Assembly: GCA_965224085.1 (NCBI GenBank)
Contig: CBDCYI010000009.1
Location: 268,057-332,056 of the forward strand
Length of the DNA: 64,000 nucleotides
DNA from: Candidatus Marinacidobacterales bacterium
GTDB taxonomy: Bacteria; Acidobacteriota; Vicinamibacteria; Marinacidobacterales; SMYC01
Reading direction: 5' to 3'
A model generated the notes under the pieces. That model made no database searches, was not told the DNA's origin, and saw only the letters and a program-made list of their open reading frames with translations. The position numbers and the translations under genes were made by a program. This document shows positions 18,952-28,208 of the stretch, one piece after another. Each line of letters opens with the position of its first letter. Positions within the stretch are counted from its first letter, which is position 1.

Positions 18952-20586
18952 CTAGCTCCTTCGGAGATAGAACGTCTCGAGACCTTCGAGCTCCTCCTGC
19001 TTGCGCGCCGCGCTCCAACCGAGTTCCGACTGTATGACGTCTGCGCACGCTTCGAGGACGGCGCGGCCCGGATGCCCCGCGGTACCGAGCTCGGTCCGTC
19101 GCAACACCACCGACGCGAGGTCGGACGCCATTTCTTCGCGTACCGCGTGACGCACTTCCGCGGCGAGGACGGGGCTCTCGGGGACGATGCGCTCGCGGTC
19201 CCCTTTCAAAATCTCGCTATAGGTGGAACCGTACGTGTATACGAGGTGTCTCATAACATCCGGCGGCGCATCGCCCCGTGCACTCGCAACGAAATCGTCG
19301 AAGCTTTCAATGTCACCACCGACTAGCGCCCTCTCTGATGACCGCGACGCGCTTGGAGCTTTTTGCAAAAGATCGAGCGCCCGGTCGACGGCCTTCTCAG
19401 CCACGTCGCGCGCCGTCGTGTATTTGACGCCCACGATCGTGAGAAGCCCTTCCACGCCATCGTCACGATGGTCGTCTAGACGATAGGTCTTCTGCAGCGT
19501 GACCACCGCACCGTTCGCCGATGCGGGTACCCGTGGCAACAGCCCGCGATGGATCAAGCGGACATCGCTACGCTCGAGCTTCGCGGCGGGATAGGCGGCG
19601 TTCACGTCGTCCATGAGATCCTGGACGTCCTCTTCCGTAGCTTCGAGTTCATCGGGGAGGCCGTCGAAGAGAGCGTGGCTCGTGCCCACGAGCGTCACGT
19701 CGCGCCACGGGACCAGGCAGAGAAAGCGGCCGCCTGCGCTCACGACGGCGTCGGCGTCGCGATGCACGCGGCGGCTCGTGACGCCAATCGCCACATCGTT
19801 GACGATCGGGCGCGTGACGAGGTTCATGGCTTTCGAGAGATGGAAGAGCTTTCGGGGCGTGGGGCTCAATCCATCCACCCAAGGACCGGCGGCGTTCACG
19901 ACGAGACGACCTCTAAGCTCGAGGCCGTCTTCGCCTGTGAGCACGTCACGAGCGCGTACGCCTTTCACACGCGAGCCGACGCGCATGAGCTCTGTCGCCT
20001 CGACGAAATTCGCGACCACGGTTCCTTCCTTCGCTGCCGAGAGCACGAAGGACAACGTGAGGCGGTCAGAGTTGTACATCTGTGCGTCGTACCAGAGCAC
20101 CCCGCCCGTCAAACCGTCGCGATCGATCCCGGGTGCCATCTCGAGACAAGCGTCGCGCGTCAGTGCCTTGCCGGCTGGAAGATGTTTCTGGCGATCCGCG
20201 AGTTCGTTGCGATCCCAGCTCACGAGATCGTTGAGAAAGAGCGCCGCCCGCATCGCGGTGCGGCTCTTTAGAAAGCTCCCGCGATAAGTCGGGACAAGAA
20301 ACGGCAACGGGTGCACGAGGTGCGGCGCGATGCGCATGAGGTTCCTGCGCTCGCGCACCGATTCGCGCATCCGGGTGAAATCCGCGTGTTGCAGATAGCG
20401 GAGGCCGCCATGGATGGTCTTGAGATTGTTGAAAGAGGTACCGCTTCCGAAATCACCTTTGTCGATGAGCGCGACCGAAAGCCCGCGCAGCGAAGCATCC
20501 CAGGCCGTCGCGGCACCATAAACACCGGCGCCGACAACGACGAGGTCGAACTCGCGATCGGCAAGCGCAGCGATATCTCTTTTCAT
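18952..20586 (-). CDS. glpD: FAD-dependent glycerol-3-phosphate dehydrogenase (GlpD/GlpA family)
   Basis: N-terminal FAD fold FDLVVVGAGVYGAATAWDASLRGLSVALIDKGDFGSGTSFNNLKTIHGGLRYL is characteristic of GlpD. Start taken at MKRDIAAL (internal Met) to avoid overlap with the divergent methyltransferase. Confidence 0.7.
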   Translation of the reverse strand: MKRDIAALADREFDLVVVGAGVYGAATAWDASLRGLSVALIDKGDFGSGTSFNNLKTIHGGLRYLQHADFTRMRESVRERRNLMRIAPHLVHPLPFLVPTYRGSFLKSRTAMRAALFLNDLVSWDRNELADRQKHLPAGKALTRDACLEMAPGIDRDGLTGGVLWYDAQMYNSDRLTLSFVLSAAKEGTVVANFVEATELMRVGSRVKGVRARDVLTGEDGLELRGRLVVNAAGPWVDGLSPTPRKLFHLSKAMNLVTRPIVNDVAIGVTSRRVHRDADAVVSAGGRFLCLVPWRDVTLVGTSHALFDGLPDELEATEEDVQDLMDDVNAAYPAAKLERSDVRLIHRGLLPRVPASANGAVVTLQKTYRLDDHRDDGVEGLLTIVGVKYTTARDVAEKAVDRALDLLQKAPSASRSSERALVGGDIESFDDFVASARGDAPPDVMRHLVYTYGSTYSEILKGDRERIVPESPVLAAEVRHAVREEMASDLASVVLRRTELGTAGHPGRAVLEACADVIQSELGWSAARKQEELEGLETFYLRRS

Positions 20587-20618
20587 CGACGTACTATAAT
20601 ACTCGGCCTGCCGAGACC

Positions 20619-21401
20619 ATGATGCCGAACCCCGCCCCCACGGAAACTGTCCTCGATCGCGTAAGACACTATTGGAACGCACGCATCCACGACTTGGAGA
20701 TGACGGAGCACGATCCGGGAACGCCGGAATTTTTCTCGGACCTCGATGAATATCGCTTCGACAAGCTTCGCTACTTGCCGGAAGTCGTCGATTTCAACGG
20801 CTATGCCGGCAGGGAGCTTCTCGAAGTCGGCTGCGGCATCGGGACGGATCTCGTGCGGTTCGCGCGGGGCGGCGCGAAGGTGACCGGCGTCGACTTGTCG
20901 GAATCCGCGCTCGCGCTCGCCAAGCGAAACGCTGACCAGGCCGGCGTGACCATGCGCCTCGAGCTTGCGAACGGTGAGGACCTACCTTTCAACGACACCT
21001 CGTTCGACATCGTCTACGGGCACGGCGTGCTGCAATACACCGCCAACGCCAACCACATGATGGCCGAGTGCCGCCGGGTGCTGCGTCCGGGAGGGACCGC
21101 GATCTTCATGGTCTATAACCGCATTTCCTGGCTCAACGGGCTCTCGAAGCTGATGCATGTCGAGCTCGAGCACGAGGACGCCCCTGTCTTGAAGAAATAT
21201 TCCATCGCGGAGTTCAAGAGCTTGCTTTCGATATTCAGCGAGGCGCGGATCGTCCCGGAGCGCTTCCCGGTGAAGTCGCGACTTCACCGCGGGTGGAAGG
21301 GGTACGCATTCAACAGCTTATTCGTCGTCACGTTCAATTCGCTGCCGCGAGCTTGGGTCCGCCCTCTCGGCTGGCATCTCATGGCGTTTTGTAAAAGATG
21401 A
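20619..21401 (+). CDS. Class I SAM-dependent methyltransferase
   Basis: Motif I LEVGCGIGTDL; methyltransferase type 11/12 fold; 260 aa. Confidence 0.75.
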   Translation: MMPNPAPTETVLDRVRHYWNARIHDLEMTEHDPGTPEFFSDLDEYRFDKLRYLPEVVDFNGYAGRELLEVGCGIGTDLVRFARGGAKVTGVDLSESALALAKRNADQAGVTMRLELANGEDLPFNDTSFDIVYGHGVLQYTANANHMMAECRRVLRPGGTAIFMVYNRISWLNGLSKLMHVELEHEDAPVLKKYSIAEFKSLLSIFSEARIVPERFPVKSRLHRGWKGYAFNSLFVVTFNSLPRAWVRPLGWHLMAFCKR

Positions 21402-21715
21402 CAGACACGTTCTCGCTCTACGATCTGCGGGTCACGGTCGTCGAGATCCGGGGACGCTCGGTCTGCGGCATGAAGGTAGGCGACAGCTTCGAGCTACGCA
21501 ACAGCAGCCAGCTCGTGCTTCCGCACGGCCAGCATTTCTGTATCTACGCGCTCGCGGCCGTTGTGCCACTCCTCCCCGCCAAGCAGCGCGATCTTTCTGA
21601 CAACGACTGGCTCGCTTCGGACAACCTCGTCGTGTGTCCGGATCCCGACGAGGGGCTCGTGATGAAGATCGAGCGACTCGAGAAAGTCGAGCTATCGAAG
21701 AGCGAGCTCACCTGA
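21398..21715 (+). CDS. Small Cys-containing protein, TIGR04076-like
   Basis: 105 aa; pattern RGRSVCGMKVGDSFEL...HFCIYALAAVVPLLP resembles the TIGR04076 family; start overlaps the methyltransferase stop (ATGA). Confidence 0.4.
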   Translation: MTDTFSLYDLRVTVVEIRGRSVCGMKVGDSFELRNSSQLVLPHGQHFCIYALAAVVPLLPAKQRDLSDNDWLASDNLVVCPDPDEGLVMKIERLEKVELSKSELT

Positions 21716-21718
21716 GCC

Positions 21719-22711
21719 ATGGCGCGTTTCGCGATCTCGTTTCAAAGCGATAAATCGATCGCCGAGTATCGCGAGCTCGCGGACGTCGTGGATCGATACG
21801 ACTTTCAAGCAGTGAGCGTGTATCAGGACCTCTTCTTTCAGCCTCCGTGGCCCGCACTCTTCGAGCTAGCGGAGCACACCACACAACCCTTGCTCGGCCC
21901 CGCGGTCGTCAACCCCTACTTATCGCACCCAGTTCTCGTCGCCGGCCATCTCGCGATGCTCGATGAGGTGAGCCGTGGACGCGCTTATCTCGGCGTCGGC
22001 CGCGGCGCTTTTTTCGAAGCCATCGGCGTCCCGCAGCCGAGACCGCTTCAGGCGATCCGGGAAACGGTGGAGCTCGTGCAACGCTTCTTGCGTGGTGATC
22101 GCGAGCCATATCGGGGCGAGATCTTCGAGGCCTCTGAGCAAGCCTATTTGCGCTTCCCGATTCCGAGCCGTGAGCTTCCCGTGCTCGTAGGCGGCTGGGG
22201 GCCGAAGACCATAGCCCTCGCCGGCGAGATCGCCGACATGATCAAAGTGGGTGGCTGCGCCAATCCAGAGAGCGCTCCGGTCTTTCGCGGTTACTTGAAG
22301 GCCGGAGCGGAAGCCGCCGGCCGCGATCCGAAGAGCATCGAGCTCATCTATGGCGCGGTGACGGTCATCGATCACGACCCGCGTGTCGCTGAGTCGGTCG
22401 CACGTCGGAACGTCGCGATGTATGTCGGTGTCACGGGGCGGCTCGACCCCACCTACTCGCCGCCGGAAATGAATGTGGTGGAGGGTGCTCTAGCCGCAGG
22501 GGATAAAGAAGCCGCGGCCGAAGCACTCACAAAAGACACGCTCCGACGTTTCTGCGCTTATGGCACCCCTCGCGACATCATTGCGCATATGGAGACACTC
22601 TTCGATGCCGGGGTCGACGTTTTCGAGCTCGGCACTCCGCACGGCGTGCGCGAAGCCGACGCCATTCGCATGATCGGCGAAGAGGTGCTCCCCTATTTCG
22701 AGGAACGCTAG
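21719..22711 (+). CDS. LLM-class (luciferase-like) flavin/F420-dependent oxidoreductase
   Basis: 330 aa TIM-barrel LLM family features (GRAYLGVGRGAFFE, subunit-interface region); 3 nt after the preceding gene. Confidence 0.7.
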   Translation: MARFAISFQSDKSIAEYRELADVVDRYDFQAVSVYQDLFFQPPWPALFELAEHTTQPLLGPAVVNPYLSHPVLVAGHLAMLDEVSRGRAYLGVGRGAFFEAIGVPQPRPLQAIRETVELVQRFLRGDREPYRGEIFEASEQAYLRFPIPSRELPVLVGGWGPKTIALAGEIADMIKVGGCANPESAPVFRGYLKAGAEAAGRDPKSIELIYGAVTVIDHDPRVAESVARRNVAMYVGVTGRLDPTYSPPEMNVVEGALAAGDKEAAAEALTKDTLRRFCAYGTPRDIIAHMETLFDAGVDVFELGTPHGVREADAIRMIGEEVLPYFEER

Positions 22712-23448
22712 CGCGTGACGCGTCCTTTGGACGTGACGCGAAACGGCTCTGGAAGCGCGCTTTCGACTTTCTTGCGATACCCCTTCACCTCCCACTCGAG
22801 CTTCACGAACGCTTCGCCAATCCGAATCTTGACGCGCATCGAGTCCTCATCGGGGTTCACGAGCGTCTCCAAGAGGGGTTCGCGCGCACTCTCGTCAGCA
22901 TAGGATTCGAGGCATTCCACCGAGGCGAAGCGCACCGTGTCGTCCGGGCTCTTGAGACAAGGGATCATACCGGCGACGATCTCTGGTCGGTCCAAGCTCT
23001 CGAGCGCGCTTACGATCTGCGTCGCCTTCTCGCCGCGGATGTGTACTGGATCGCCTTCACTCAGCACTTCCAAAAGAAAAGGGATGAGCTTGTCTTTCGG
23101 AACTAGCCGCTTCAAGGCGTCGATCGCCCACGTGATTTTGTCGTAGTTGCGGATGTAGCGCACGAGAGGCTCGACGCCGTCGTCACCGAAACCGACAAGA
23201 ACTTCCTGGATCGTTTTCTTCTCTTCTTGATCGGTGCCTAGATTCTCCGACGTTGCGGAGAACCGTCGCGCGAGACCGTAAATCGCTTCGGGAGTTCCAA
23301 TGTCTCGAAGCTTATCTGCCGCTTCCATGCGCGCCTCGTGCTGCGCGTAGCGCTCGAGGAGTGTTTTCGTACTGCGCTGTATGCGAAACTTGAGTCGTCC
23401 TTCGGCAGTCAGAAGATCTTTGATGCCCATTACGAAGATAGCTCCCAT
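22708..23448 (-). CDS. HEAT-repeat protein
   Basis: Repeated helical units with conserved DxxVR (DDTVRFASVECLESY; EGDPVHIRGEKA); 246 aa. Confidence 0.5.
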   Translation of the reverse strand: MGAIFVMGIKDLLTAEGRLKFRIQRSTKTLLERYAQHEARMEAADKLRDIGTPEAIYGLARRFSATSENLGTDQEEKKTIQEVLVGFGDDGVEPLVRYIRNYDKITWAIDALKRLVPKDKLIPFLLEVLSEGDPVHIRGEKATQIVSALESLDRPEIVAGMIPCLKSPDDTVRFASVECLESYADESAREPLLETLVNPDEDSMRVKIRIGEAFVKLEWEVKGYRKKVESALPEPFRVTSKGRVTR

Positions 23449-24662
23449 TCGGGAGGAGGCCCACCCAATGCGAGGTCGAAGAAATCCATGATGCGGTTCC
23501 AGAAAATTCCCTCAGGCGGATAGTTGTCGAAGCCATGCTCTCCACCTGGAAGAACCCATAGCGTACTTTCTAACCCCGCGCGTTTACGCGCGTCGTGCAT
23601 CAACTCCGAATGCGCGATCGGAACTTGCCGATCTGCATCTCCATGCACGAAAAGCACGGGCGCCTCGATCTCGTTGATGAATTCCGCGGGACGGACGCTT
23701 CGCAAATCAACGCCCGCACGCAATCGCACGGCAAGAAACAACGGATAGCGAAGCGCCGTATATCCACCGCGAGACGAGAGCATCGCGCCGGCCGCGTCCC
23801 AGAAATCGCCGAAAGGCGCATCGAGTGCAAGGGCTGGAAGCTCCCGATCCCCTGCAGCTGCATAGATTGCGGACGCAGCGCCGTTGGACGTTCCGAAGAG
23901 CACGACGCGCTTCGGGTCGATACCCGGGTGGTGACGCGCCCAGCGAAGGATGGCTTTGACATCGTGGCGCTCGTTCACGGTATAGGTAATGTACTCCCCT
24001 TCGCTCGCCCCCCGGCCGCTCAGATCCATCGTGATCAGCCCGTACCCGCGATGATGCCAATATTTGGCGCCGTTTTCGAGCGCTTGAAAACGCGAGGCGT
24101 TCGCGCCATGCACGAAAATGCCAACGCGTCCGTCGCTGCGCTGAGGCGGTGGGATATACCACCCACGCAACAGATACCCGTTATCGGAGGCGATCTCGAT
24201 CTCTTCGTAAGGCAGGTCCAAATCGCCGGGGTGCCGCACGAAAGCGCGAAGCGTCATCGTCAGTGTCCGCTCGGGCTCTCCTTGCGAGACGGCGGTCAGC
24301 CGCACCGTCTCGCCGGCTTCGAAATTCCTGACGAGGTGGCTCATCAACTCCCGCGACGACGAAAACGTCTCACCTTCGACAGAGGTGACGACGTCACCGC
24401 GCTCGAGGCCGATCTCGCGCGCCATTTCCCACGGGCGCATGATACGCAGGCCGGGCGGTTCCTCCGACGCCCGGGTGAATCCGAGAAACGCGTAGCCGGG
24501 TACCGGGCCGTCCTTCGCGATCCCCTCGCCCCAACACTCTTCGCCCGCGACCCGACGCTGCCCCGTGATGTAATTGACCGCCATTCGATCGACGAAAAGC
24601 GCTCCGAAGACAAAGCCGGCCCCCAGGGCGAGGACCAAGAACGCAACGACGATCTTTTTCAT
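23430..24662 (-). CDS. Membrane-anchored PDZ-domain alpha/beta hydrolase (S9/dienelactone-hydrolase-like)
   Basis: N-terminal TM helix, PDZ-like segment (GLERGDVVTSVEGETFSSSRELMSHL), then hydrolase fold with nucleophile elbow FGTSNGAASAIY and catalytic HGDAD/GGEHGF motifs. Confidence 0.6.
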   Translation of the reverse strand: MKKIVVAFLVLALGAGFVFGALFVDRMAVNYITGQRRVAGEECWGEGIAKDGPVPGYAFLGFTRASEEPPGLRIMRPWEMAREIGLERGDVVTSVEGETFSSSRELMSHLVRNFEAGETVRLTAVSQGEPERTLTMTLRAFVRHPGDLDLPYEEIEIASDNGYLLRGWYIPPPQRSDGRVGIFVHGANASRFQALENGAKYWHHRGYGLITMDLSGRGASEGEYITYTVNERHDVKAILRWARHHPGIDPKRVVLFGTSNGAASAIYAAAGDRELPALALDAPFGDFWDAAGAMLSSRGGYTALRYPLFLAVRLRAGVDLRSVRPAEFINEIEAPVLFVHGDADRQVPIAHSELMHDARKRAGLESTLWVLPGGEHGFDNYPPEGIFWNRIMDFFDLALGGPPPEWELSS

Positions 24663-24711
24663 GGTGGGTGCATGATATCGCAGCATGCACCGCTAACGGG
24701 TGGCGGCCGCG

Positions 24712-25086
24712 TCAGTCTCCGGGTTCATCGGCGGACGCGGTTCCCTTCTTGCACCACAGGTCGATGAGCCGAAGGACCTCATCGCGTGTGGTGTTGACGA
24801 ACTCGATGAACTCCACGCCGACCATGTAACGTTTGGAGTCCTTTTGTTTGCGCCGATAAACGATGCGCCCTTCGATCAGCGCCGTAGCCGGCAGGTCGCC
24901 GAGCCGGCCCATGATGATTTTGGATTGAGCCGAGAGCGGGAGCTTACTCCGCGTCTCGAAGCACAACCCGCCTCCCGAGATATCGCGGCTTTCGATCGAG
25001 ACCGCTTTTTCGTAAAGCCGGCCGCCGCCCACCGTGATGAACAGCGGAACCCTCAGACTGGTACGCTCGAAACGTCGTTCAGTCAA
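24712..25086 (-). CDS. PilZ domain protein (c-di-GMP binding)
   Basis: RxxxR (RRFER) and D-x-S-x-x-G (DISGGG) PilZ motifs; 124 aa. Confidence 0.65.
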   Translation of the reverse strand: MTERRFERTSLRVPLFITVGGGRLYEKAVSIESRDISGGGLCFETRSKLPLSAQSKIIMGRLGDLPATALIEGRIVYRRKQKDSKRYMVGVEFIEFVNTTRDEVLRLIDLWCKKGTASADEPGD

Positions 25087-25364
25087 TGAATATTCCTGTC
25101 GCGAGGCTCAGACGCCATCCCGACGCTGTCGAGGTCGCGAAGGCGTTTTTCGAGGAGATCCCGCACGAGCTCCGCGCATTCGACGAGGCCCCGATCGCTC
25201 ATCTGCGTCCACTCAATATGTTTGTATTCCCTTCCCGTTGCACTCGAGATACAGCCTTCCAAAACCCGAATAAAGGAGTCGCGATCCATGATGGTCTCCC
25301 CACAAGTAGCCATTAAATAAGACTCATTCCTATAAGCCATACCGTCCGGAGGACGGCGCATCAT
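25083..25364 (-). CDS. Hypothetical protein
   Basis: 93-aa ORF overlapping the PilZ gene start by 4 nt; no domain recognised. Confidence 0.25.
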   Translation of the reverse strand: MMRRPPDGMAYRNESYLMATCGETIMDRDSFIRVLEGCISSATGREYKHIEWTQMSDRGLVECAELVRDLLEKRLRDLDSVGMASEPRDRNIH

Positions 25365-25531
25365 GGTGGGGACCTTACGAGTACCGCAATCCCGGCCACC
25401 ATGTCAAGCGCCGCCCCTTCCCCTTTTCCGTTTAACGCGCGAATTCCTGCACCTTTGCGTTATCTTTTCGAGCACACTGCCTGTCAGCAGAGATTAGCTG
25501 TAATAATTCCTCGACCGGAGCGTATTAAGAA

Positions 25532-26086
25532 GTGGAAATGTCCAGCCGCGATGAGCTCGAGAGCTTGGCGGAACAAGCTCGACAAGGAAGCTCGGAGGCC
25601 TGGGCCGAACTCTATGAAGCCAATGCACCCGCGATATTCCGACTTTGCCGCCGAGCTCTCAACAACCGGCAAGACGCTGAAGACGCCACCGCCGCCGTCT
25701 TTCTCAAGGCAAGGATGCGCCTCAAACAATTTGACACTTCGCGACCCTTCGCACCTTGGATCTATCGCGTCGCGGCGAACCACTGCTGGGACGAGCTGCG
25801 CAAGCGAAGAACCCACGGCGAGTGGGACGAGGCCGAATCGGAGCTCCAAAAACTGCAAGACGATGCCCCAACGCCTCAGCAGGCGGTTTTGCTCAACGAG
25901 ACCAAACGGAACGTCCGGAACGCCATCGCCGAGCTCGACGAACGAGCTCGGCTCGCCGTCATCCTGCGGTACTTCGCCGACATGAGCTACGAAGAGATCG
26001 GCGATGTGCTCGGCATTTCGAGCAATTTCACAGGGGTTTTGTTGCTGCGAGCGCGGCGTCAAATGAGGACGAGGCTCAAACAGTGA
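25532..26086 (+). CDS. ECF (sigma-70 family, group 4) RNA polymerase sigma factor
   Basis: Region 2 (FAPWIYRVAANHCWDELRKRR) and region 4 (YEEIGDVLGISSNFTGVLLLRARRQMR) motifs. Confidence 0.8.
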   Translation: MEMSSRDELESLAEQARQGSSEAWAELYEANAPAIFRLCRRALNNRQDAEDATAAVFLKARMRLKQFDTSRPFAPWIYRVAANHCWDELRKRRTHGEWDEAESELQKLQDDAPTPQQAVLLNETKRNVRNAIAELDERARLAVILRYFADMSYEEIGDVLGISSNFTGVLLLRARRQMRTRLKQ

Positions 26087-27711
26087 GCGAGAGCACGAAG
26101 CACGTCGAGGAGCTGACCGTCATGAGGTTTTTGGACGGCGAGCTCTCGCAGGAGCGCGAACAGAAAACGCGCGAGCATCTAATCTGCTGCGCCAGCTGTC
26201 GCTCGGCCCACGAAGCCTTGAAGGCGGAGACCGAGCTCTTGCGCGCCGCCGTGCTCGAGCGTGAAGAAGCGTTACCCGGCCATCTGAGGCCGCGTCACGC
26301 CGACGTGTCGTGGGTACTGGTGGCGATGATCGCGTTCGGCACGCTCGCCGTCTCGAGCCTTTGGACGCGCTATGTCCAGCCCATCATCGAAAGCATGGAG
26401 AGCATCGGGCTCGACGGGACGAGCGTCGCGACATCCCTTGTCGTTCAAGGAGTTCTCTGGGAAGGTTGGTCCGATATGTTGACGAGTTTCGTCGAGGGCG
26501 TGTCCCTCTTACTAGTGGCGGTCGCCGCGGGCTACGTGCTGCATTGGGGCTGGCGACGCTTTCTTTCGTCGGCGGTGACACTCTCGCTGCTGCTGGTCGC
26601 CCTCCCGGGCCTACTCGCAGCGCCTGCGAGTGTTTCGGCTGCGATCATCAAGCACGACGTGGAAACCTACACGCTGCGAGAAGGAGAGGTTATCGATAAC
26701 GATCTCATCGTCTTCGGCAAGAGAGTTGTGATCGAGGGGACCGTCGTTGGCGACCTCATTGTCGGCGCGGGCTCCGTCGAAGTTTTGGGCGAAGTGCAGG
26801 GGGACGTTCTCGGCTTTGCTGAGCGCATCGAGGTAAATGGCCGGGTTGGCGGCAATGTGCGCACCTGCGCTCGCACGCTCGTTGTCAACGGAGAGGTGGG
26901 GCGCAACATCACCGCGGGCGGCGAGGTCATTCGCTTAGGCCCGGGAGCGACACTCGGAGGAAGCTTCACTGCCGGGTCGAAAGAAGTGAGTTTACGCGCA
27001 CCGGTCACGCGCGATCTCGTAATGGCGGCCGAAACGTCCGAGATCCACGCGCGTATCGGCGGCTCGGCACTCGTCTTCGGCGAACGGCTCACGGTGGGCC
27101 CGACCGGGGCCATCGGCGGCGAGGCGAGATTTTTCGGCTCCCAAGAGCCGGAAGTCTCGGCTGATGCCGAGCTCACTTCGCCATTCGAGTTCGAAAGGGT
27201 CGACGACGACGACGAGTCGCTGACGTCCAGAGTTTGGGCCTTCTTCGGATACTGGGCCGCCGCGTTCATATTGGGTGCCGCGATCATGCTCGTGACCCCC
27301 GAAGCGACGGAAGGCGTCGTGACCCGCCACGTCCCCGACTATGGCAAGAGCTTCGTCGTCGGCGTCGTCGCGTCCGTCGTGCTCTTCGCGTTCACCTTCC
27401 TTGTGTCGGTCACCGTCGTCGGTCTTCCTCTCGGGTTGACGACGGCTTTCTTCCTGACTATCGGGCTGTACTTCGCGCAAGCGTATATCGGGGCCTATAT
27501 CGGCCGCGAGATTCTCGGTACACCAACCAGTGCCGGGCAAGCGCTCGGCCGCGTGGCACTCGGACTGTTTTTGATTTACATTGCCAAGTCGATTCCCGTC
27601 GTCAATGTTGTCGTTACGATCATTGTAGCTATCTGGGGTTTTGGGGCGCTGTCGCTTTACCTCATCGACCAACTCAAACACGCAAAGAAGGCCGACCCGG
27701 CGGAGGCTTGA
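26083..27711 (+). CDS. Anti-sigma factor (zinc-finger ZAS type) fused to a bactofilin-like beta-helix repeat region and a C-terminal polytopic membrane domain
   Basis: GTG start overlapping the sigma stop (GTGA). ZAS motif HLICCASCRSAH; TM helix; repeated V/G-rich units (VIEGTVVGDLIVGAGSVEVLGEVQGDVLGFAERIEVNGRVGGNV...) typical of polymer-forming cytoskeletal (bactofilin/CcmA) domains; 4-5 C-terminal TM helices. Confidence 0.6.
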   Translation: MSESTKHVEELTVMRFLDGELSQEREQKTREHLICCASCRSAHEALKAETELLRAAVLEREEALPGHLRPRHADVSWVLVAMIAFGTLAVSSLWTRYVQPIIESMESIGLDGTSVATSLVVQGVLWEGWSDMLTSFVEGVSLLLVAVAAGYVLHWGWRRFLSSAVTLSLLLVALPGLLAAPASVSAAIIKHDVETYTLREGEVIDNDLIVFGKRVVIEGTVVGDLIVGAGSVEVLGEVQGDVLGFAERIEVNGRVGGNVRTCARTLVVNGEVGRNITAGGEVIRLGPGATLGGSFTAGSKEVSLRAPVTRDLVMAAETSEIHARIGGSALVFGERLTVGPTGAIGGEARFFGSQEPEVSADAELTSPFEFERVDDDDESLTSRVWAFFGYWAAAFILGAAIMLVTPEATEGVVTRHVPDYGKSFVVGVVASVVLFAFTFLVSVTVVGLPLGLTTAFFLTIGLYFAQAYIGAYIGREILGTPTSAGQALGRVALGLFLIYIAKSIPVVNVVVTIIVAIWGFGALSLYLIDQLKHAKKADPAEA

Positions 27712-28175
27712 TGATTCGCACGATACAGGAATTCTTCCAACAACGCATCATCACCGAACAAACGCCGGTGGTGTCGCTCGAGCGCGCGCTACAACTAGCG
27801 ACAACCGCGCTCCTGATCGAGATTTCGCGTGCGGACTTCGAAGTCGCGGACGAGGAGCGTATCGCCATCGAAGAAGCTCTCACGCGTAGCTTTGGGCTCA
27901 CTGAGGATGAAACACGTGAGATCATCGCCCTTGCCGAGGAGGAAGTCGACGCCTCGGTCTCGCTCTACGAGTTCACCCGCCTCGTCGATGACAGCTTCAC
28001 CTACGAGCAGAAGAAACACATCATCGGGCTCTTGTGGCAAATCGCGTATAGCGACGATCGGCTCGAGGAGCACGAAGAACATCTGATCCGCAAGATCGCC
28101 AAGCTACTGCATATCGACCACAGCGACTTCATCGCCGAGAAGCTCAGGGCAAAGGAAGCCCAGGCGAGGACGTAA
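27711..28175 (+). CDS. TerB-like (tellurite-resistance TerB / DjlA N-terminal-like) domain protein
   Basis: ATG overlaps the anti-sigma stop (TGATG). 154-aa acidic helical protein with TerB-like pattern (EEALTRSFGL, KKHIIGLLWQIAYSDDRLEEHEEHLIRKIAKLLHI). Confidence 0.5.
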   Translation: MIRTIQEFFQQRIITEQTPVVSLERALQLATTALLIEISRADFEVADEERIAIEEALTRSFGLTEDETREIIALAEEEVDASVSLYEFTRLVDDSFTYEQKKHIIGLLWQIAYSDDRLEEHEEHLIRKIAKLLHIDHSDFIAEKLRAKEAQART

Positions 28176-28208
28176 CGAGCTTTTGAAAACTTGCACAGGA
28201 GCTGCTAG

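Noticed and set aside
19549-20287. Two overlapping plus-strand ORFs (240 aa and 224 aa) opposite glpD
   Set aside because: Antisense to a gene with a canonical FAD-binding N-terminus; no motifs.
23595-24767. 390-aa plus-strand ORF overlapping the PDZ-hydrolase gene
   Set aside because: Arg-rich low-complexity translation; the opposite strand has catalytic-triad hydrolase motifs.
27234-27710. 5' extension of the ORF 27234..28175, upstream of the TerB-like domain
   Set aside because: The upstream 160 aa are Arg-rich and overlap the anti-sigma gene in another frame. A clean ATG at 27711 overlaps the anti-sigma stop (TGATG) and begins the conserved TerB-like sequence, so the extension is spurious.
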